Of a stretch of 27,268 bases of DNA, positions 23,073 to 27,268 are shown piece by piece. The notes beneath the pieces are model-generated. The model was given only the letters and a program-made list of their open reading frames with translations, had not been told where the DNA came from and did no database searches. Positions within the stretch are counted from its first letter, which is position 1; each line of letters opens with the position of its first letter. Source of the DNA: Rhodospirillales bacterium (GTDB lineage: Bacteria; Pseudomonadota; Alphaproteobacteria; Bin95); assembly GCA_038143065.1 (NCBI GenBank), contig JAYQLI010000020.1:1-27268 (forward strand). The letters are read 5' to 3'. The translations under genes were made by a program, and so were the position numbers.

Positions 23073-23272
23073 AGGTAAAGATTTCGTTGAAGGTTGATTA
23101 CACTACTTCACTTTTTCCTTTTACAAGCCTAGCTGCTCACAATTAACATTTACTATCCCGCTGAAACAGCGCTCTGACTTTATCTAGAGTCAGTAATTCA
23201 TCAAATCACTAAAATATAGCTAACTACCAACATCTAGTTTAAGGTTTTGGAGTCACTTACAGGGAGGGAATT

Positions 23273-23697
23273 ATGACAGAATTTGAAATCTTTGCTCTTT
23301 CATCAATGAATAGTAGCTCTACGGGCGCCTCACCAAATCGCAATGGCGTTCTCTATTTGGGTCGCTTTCCGTGCAGCAAACCTTACAGGACAGCAATATG
23401 CCGATAATATAATTGCCAAAACAGCGGCAACCGTTTTTGGCTTGGCTACGACACTTTTCATTTCAATATGACTCACATTTTGGTCGTTTAACAAGCTGCC
23501 ACAAGCCATCGCTTAGCTGAACTTAAGGCATCTGGAGGCGAAATTTCGTCTATGGCATCTGCCTTTGTTACCCAGACAGGCGCCACCACAACCCCACCGA
23601 CGTTCTCGCTGGTTCCTAAAAGAATCCCATTATTATTGCCCTGGAACTTGCAATTTTAACAATGATTTTGTACCTGATTTGGGGACCGAAGAAATAA
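23273..23697 (+). CDS. Hypothetical multi-pass membrane protein (frameshifted)
   Basis: GGGAGGG RBS; MTEFEIFAL, MAFSIWVAFRAAN, NIIAKTAATVFGLAT, C-terminal TM ending IWGPKK*; followed by a terminator. Confidence 0.65.
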
Positions 23698-23714
23698 AAT
23701 CAAATAAATTTGGT

Positions 23715-23744
23715 GAAAAAGGGGGGCAAGCGCTCCCTTTTTTG
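23715..23744. terminator. Bidirectional rho-independent terminator
   Basis: AAAAAGGGGGGC-AAGC-GCTCCCTTTTT hairpin between convergent genes. Confidence 0.75.
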
Positions 23745-23748
23745 GTAT

Positions 23749-24913
23749 ATTAGGCAGGTCGCGTGAGCGTCAAAATTGACGCCAGCTTTACCCAAGCGCT
23801 CGACCAAAACCATCCCCAAGCCGCTAGCGCTGGTCAGAACGCCACCATAGGCGCTGCCGCCCGGCAATTTATCGCTATCTTCAACCAAGCATAGCGCATT
23901 CTGAGACCAATTTGAGGTCACTATAACCCGGATCACCTTGCCATGAATGCCGGAGACCAGCTTGTCGCCCTTTCCGTCGTATGATAAACTTGCAATAAAC
24001 CAGCCATTATTGCGTTCTTCTTCCGACGGACCATCGCCCGGCTGTTTCGTAGCGGGCGCACCATTTGCGAGGTGAATAGAACAAAGCCCACATTATCGCC
24101 ATGCCCATTAGCCCTTTAAAGCGCCACCGCGTCGAGTGATAAGAATACCCTGATAGACAAAATCAGCGCCATAGGGTTCCTGGCGCAAGCTCAGCAAGCC
24201 GCTGAACGGCGTACCACGCGCGTGTTGGCGCCGGCCATTATAAATGGAGCGGCAAAACCTTCTAACTTCAGGCTTAGCCGCTATGGAGAAGCCATCGCTA
24301 CTAGCTTTTTTCATTTCAGGCGTTACCGTGCCATCTGGATTGAGCAGAAACGGGTTGGTCAAATCATCACCCAGATCAAGTTCCGGCATTGAGAAAATCG
24401 CCCCCAAAGTGCGCCGAAGCATCGCCCTTATAAGAATGAAAGCTGACGCGCTTAATGGGCGCCTCGATTTTTGAATGGCGAAGAAGCTGCCGAGATCGGA
24501 AGGAATTGAGTCAAAACCGCAAGAAGGAATAATACGCACACTTAGCGGCGGCTTCGGCGTGATGTTTTTCAATCAGCCCTTGACCTGAAAAATTTTCGCC
24601 GGTAATGTCGACATAATGGCTGCCATTTTTAACGCAAGCCGCACCAAATTTGAGCCATAACGATGAAAAGGCCCGGCCGTGGAAAGAACGACTTTGTGCG
24701 CGCCGTCAACGCGTCCAGCGCCGCCATATCGTCTGGAATTTTGGCAATGATGATTTCGAGCTGGCCCCTGCCTCCTGATTGACCGCAGCCAATTTATCGG
24801 CATTTCGACCTGCTATCGCCCATTTTACCGGGCTCATGAAGCCGCCAAATAGGCGGCGCACAACGTCCAGTGAAACCGGTTGCGCCATAGACGATAATAT
24901 CCAAATCCTTCAT
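23749..24913 (-). CDS. Saccharopine dehydrogenase-like / trans-acting enoyl reductase family protein (heavily frameshifted; 3' end approximate)
   Basis: MKDLDIIVYGATGFTG, WAIAGRNADKL, VVLSTAGPFHRYG, HYVDITGE, IIPSCGFDSIPSDLG, GDPGY, YGGVLTSASGLG. Confidence 0.88.
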
Positions 24914-24923
24914 TTCCTGTTCC

Positions 24924-25276
24924 TTATTTCTCAACCTTGTGACCGATACAGAGCGCATAGAAATTGTCAGTAGATTATTCGCAATTCCTCTTATCGCACA
25001 GCGATTGATTTCCATTGGCAGCATTTTCGTGCACCCGGCCGGTTTGAGCCGCGCTTTTGAGGCGAAACGCTCAGCGCAATAATGCTGCGCCATATTGTCG
25101 GCAATGCGCCGCTCCTTATAGAGATATGAGACGGTGATATGATTTCCAGTCGCGGAAAAATGAAGCGCCTCATCGCGCGCGCCCGCATGAGATGGCGCAA
25201 AAGACGACAAAAACATAATGGCGCATGCGAAAAGCGCTTTGCCGCTTAATTTATCGCTTTGGCGGTCGGCACACAT
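24924..25276 (-). CDS. Putative secreted hypothetical protein with several Cys
   Basis: AAGGAG RBS; signal-like ALFACAIMFLSSFAPSHA; likely true end FYALCIGHKVEK* just before the RBS of the next gene (needs one indel). Confidence 0.55.
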
Positions 25277-25382
25277 GACATCTCCTTTTGATATATAATG
25301 GCGCGCGCCTTTAAGGCCGATAAGCCTTTTCTGACAAAAATGCATACAGATGATCAAAATTATGTTACTCAGCCTTCGTCTG

Positions 25383-25479
25383 TCCTTCGCAGTTTAGCCT
25401 TTTAGGTCAGCCCGTCAGCAGATTGATTTCTGCAGCCTAATTCATGCGACGCAAAAGAGGCTAAAATGAGGAAGAGAAA
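25383..25479 (+). promoter_or_regulatory. Structured 5' UTR of the cold-shock gene
   Basis: Nested complementary pairs TTTAGCCT (25393-25400)/AGGCTAAA (25458-25465), TTAGG/CCTAA and GCAGA/TCTGC, ending next to the GAGGA RBS. Confidence 0.55.
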
Positions 25480-25685
25480 ATGCTCACAGGAACTGTTAAA
25501 TGGTTTAACGCCGATAAAGGCTATGGATTTATTGTTGTTGAAGGACAAGACGATGTTTTTGTTCACATTACAGCGGTGCAAGCTAGCGGCCTAACACTCA
25601 AAGAAGATATGAAGATTTCTTTGAAAAAGAGCAAGGCAATGTTAACGGTAAATATTCTGCCGTTAATTTGACTGAAGCCGACTAA
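25480..25685 (+). CDS. cspA: Cold-shock protein, CspA family (one frameshift)
   Basis: [15 protein letters not shown] (RNP1), DVFVHITAV (RNP2); corrected C-terminus [20 protein letters not shown]. Confidence 0.93.
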
Positions 25686-25688
25686 TTG

Positions 25689-25716
25689 AAAGGGCGCATT
25701 TAGATGCGCCTTTTTT
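25689..25716 (+). terminator. Rho-independent terminator of cspA
   Basis: GGCGCAT-TTAG-ATGCGCC stem-loop followed by a T tract. Confidence 0.88.
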
Positions 25717-25818
25717 CATTTCGGAGCGCTGAATCGTAAGGGTTTTAGACGACTCGGTTGGCAGTACGGCGTCTGTCTGACAAAATATTCTCTATAAAGC
25801 CCAGCGCAGGCGGCTTAT

Positions 25819-26027
25819 TTATTGCCCGATCACACTAAAGATTGGAGCAATGACCCTTTATCGCTTTTGCGCTTCTGACAGCCTTAACAAAATCCATGGC
25901 ATCGGTGATGGAGTGGGACAGCGTGTCCAAATGGGCTTTGTCTTCATAAACAACTGAATGAACCTGAGAACCGGCAGCACACAGGCGTCGCAAACAGAAG
26001 CGCGACGATGGGCAGTATGCGGGTCAT
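25819..26027 (-). CDS. Small secreted hypothetical protein, shared-leader gene C (frameshifted; missing from the ORF track; 3' end approximate)
   Basis: ATG overlaps the upstream stop (TGATG); MTRILPIVALLFATPV(W)AAGSQVHSVVYEDKAHLDTLSHSITDAMDFVKAVRSAKAI after restoring a presumed collapsed G run. Confidence 0.65.
25983..26027 (-). repeat. Shared leader-coding repeat, copy C
   Basis: ATGACCCGCATACTGCCCATCGTCGCGCTTCTGTTTGCGACGCCT; 40/45 nt identical to copy A (hand count). Confidence 0.9.
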
Positions 26028-26475
26028 CAATCGCTATGTTCTTCTACGTATTTAGAGAACGCATTTCCTAAATCCCTGAGCTCATCACAGCCTTGGGGAC
26101 ATAGAGCCTCTAGTTTTCTCAAATTAGACTGAGCAGAATTTATATCATGCAGGGTTAGAAAGAGCTCTCCCTGATATTCAAGCGCTAGCTTATGGTCAGG
26201 TTGAATCGCAAGGGCCTCTTTATAGAAAATTTTACTATTTTCGTAGTCGCCGATTTTGCGGTGGGCGAAGCCCAAGTAATTGAAAACATCAGCATTATCA
26301 GGCTCTTCTTTTTTGCCTTTTCAAGCTTTCCAATCGCTCGCTTATATTTTTCTTTTTTGATGAGTTTTTTCGCATCGTTGATTAGCTTGCTAGCACTTGG
26401 CTCATAGCTGTAACTTCCTGCTGCCCAAACGGGCGTTGCAAACAGAAGGGCGATGATTGTCAGTATACGGGCCAT
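26027..26475 (-). CDS. Secreted tetratricopeptide-repeat protein, shared-leader gene B (one frameshift)
   Basis: Leader MARILTIIALLFATPVWA; TPR helices PDNADVFNYLGFAHRKIGDYENSKIFYKEALAIQPDHKLALEYQGELFL; C-terminal LEALCPQGCDE. Confidence 0.88.
26431..26475 (-). repeat. Shared leader-coding repeat, copy B
   Basis: ATGGCCCGTATACTGACAATCATCGCCCTTCTGTTTGCAACGCCC; 37/45 nt identical to each of copies A and C (hand count). Confidence 0.9.
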
Positions 26476-26484
26476 TGGTGTCCT

Positions 26485-26772
26485 CTACTTGCAAAATGTT
26501 TGGTAAACCGCGGTATAATTAGAAGCAACGTCAGTTAACCATTGTATTTCTCCCGCAGGCATGATGCGCTCGGGAGAGTCTTCAGGGAGGGCGTTGAGTT
26601 TTTTCCAACTCTCATCAGCCTCGCCGAGCAAAGCTCCAATGAGCAAAGCAGTTTCAAGACAGTCTGACTTACTTGGTTTATCGTGACTTCCAAGCCTAGC
26701 GTGCATATCTGCGCACGCTGCTAGTATTGGCGTCGCAAACAAAATCGCGATGATGGTCAGTATGCGGGTCAT
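26485..26772 (-). CDS. Putative lipoprotein, shared-leader gene A (95 aa)
   Basis: Intact ORF with GGAG RBS; leader MTRILTIIAILFATPILAAC ends in a lipobox (LAAC); helical body with two further Cys. Confidence 0.8.
   Translation of the reverse strand: MTRILTIIAILFATPILAACADMHARLGSHDKPSKSDCLETALLIGALLGEADESWKKLNALPEDSPERIMPAGEIQWLTDVASNYTAVYQTFCK
26728..26772 (-). repeat. Shared leader-coding repeat, copy A
   Basis: ATGACCCGCATACTGACCATCATCGCGATTTTGTTTGCGACGCCA. Confidence 0.9.
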
Positions 26773-26849
26773 GTTTTGTACTCCGAGAGTTTAAAATCTA
26801 CCTGATACAAATCAGCGTAAACTAAACCTCAATTCAGAGGCAATACACG

Positions 26850-27161
26850 ATGCGCGATAAATCAGGACGTTTTGTAAAAGGCTATAGCGGCAACGCTGGC
26901 GGCAGGCCTAAAGATGAGCACAATATTGCTGCTCTTGCTCGCAGCTATTCAACGGAAGCTATTGAGACGCTGGTGGACCTTATGCGTAATGCTAGAGACG
27001 ATAGAGTGCGTGGCACAGCTGCTCAGGCTTTGCTTGATAGAGGCTTTGGGAAGCCGAAGGTTGAGATAAAGAATACGAATGCTGATTTCAGGGATGCGTT
27101 AGAGCAGGTGCAGAGCAGGCTGTTGAAACGGTCACACTCAGGTCACAACAACGCTGTCTAA
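26850..27161 (+). CDS. Phage-related DUF5681-type / small-terminase-like protein
   Basis: GAGG RBS; N-terminal GRFVKGYSGNAGGRPK motif, helical EAIETLVDLMRN...RVRGTAAQALLDRGFGKP. Confidence 0.75.
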   Translation: MRDKSGRFVKGYSGNAGGRPKDEHNIAALARSYSTEAIETLVDLMRNARDDRVRGTAAQALLDRGFGKPKVEIKNTNADFRDALEQVQSRLLKRSHSGHNNAV

Positions 27162-27268
27162 AGGCCAAAATTCGGGGAAGAGATAATTCGCAGTTGCGTA
27201 ACACCCCTGTCACCTATAATTTTATTATTGTTGTGAAGACAAAGGCTTAGCGTTGTTTTTCTTGAAGC

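Larger units (their letters stand above)
25720..27268. mobile_element. Probable accessory islet or remnant of a phage-like integrative element (boundaries uncertain)
   Basis: Phage-type gene, non-housekeeping cargo and short periodic repeats at 27130-27213; begins right after the cspA terminator. No integrase or att duplication is visible in the window. Confidence 0.45.

Noticed and set aside
23073-23272. Glycine riboswitch upstream of the AGCS symporter
   Set aside because: Expected from context, but I could not find the conserved GGAGA...CCGAAG...CTCTCAGG elements on the minus strand.
24794-25357. Apparent fusion of a secreted protein to the saccharopine-dehydrogenase-like N-terminus
   Set aside because: An alternative frame ends in TAA followed by an RBS-like GGAACAGGAA and ATG at 24913, so these are two genes joined by an indel.
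25819-26772. Integron cassette array or CRISPR array
   Set aside because: There are no intergenic attC-like palindromes (spacers are 9 nt or overlapping) and no intI or cas genes; the repeats are coding, degenerate and hundreds of bp apart.
1-27268. Mass pseudogenisation or programmed frameshifting
   Set aside because: Indels hit nearly all long genes, including the normally essential lptD, often in homopolymers, while catalytic motifs stay intact. Uncorrected long-read error explains this better.
26850-27268. Intact prophage
   Set aside because: Only one phage-like gene is visible; no large terminase, portal, capsid or integrase gene is in the window.

Overview
Bacterial chromosomal window, probably from an Alphaproteobacterium (inferred from gene content). 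Almost every long gene is broken by 1-2 nt indels, many in homopolymers, which I read as uncorrected long-read error rather than decay; boundaries below were rebuilt by hand across frames and are approximate. (1) 1-9396, minus strand: a surface-polysaccharide operon with an EPS-associated MarR regulator, a NusG/RfaH paralogue, manC, a wbpA/B/D/E-like diacetamido-uronate block, and an AT-richer pseB / aldo-keto reductase / cytidylyltransferase block. (2) 9751-14075, plus strand: wzz, a WecA/MraY-type transferase and lptD. (3) 14117-25716: mostly housekeeping genes (MipA/OmpV, biotin carrier, carboxyltransferase, MDR dehydrogenase, TerB-like, yghU, two PaaI thioesterases, cupin, AGCS symporter, saccharopine-dehydrogenase-like protein, cspA). 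(4) 25720-27268: an accessory, phage-like segment. It holds the most unusual feature: three tandem, tightly coupled genes with unrelated bodies that all begin with the same ~18-codon leader (M[TA]RIL[TP]I[IV]A[IL]LFATP..A). They lie divergent from a DUF5681/small-terminase-like gene, which is followed by short 11-bp-spaced repeats resembling integrase arm sites.
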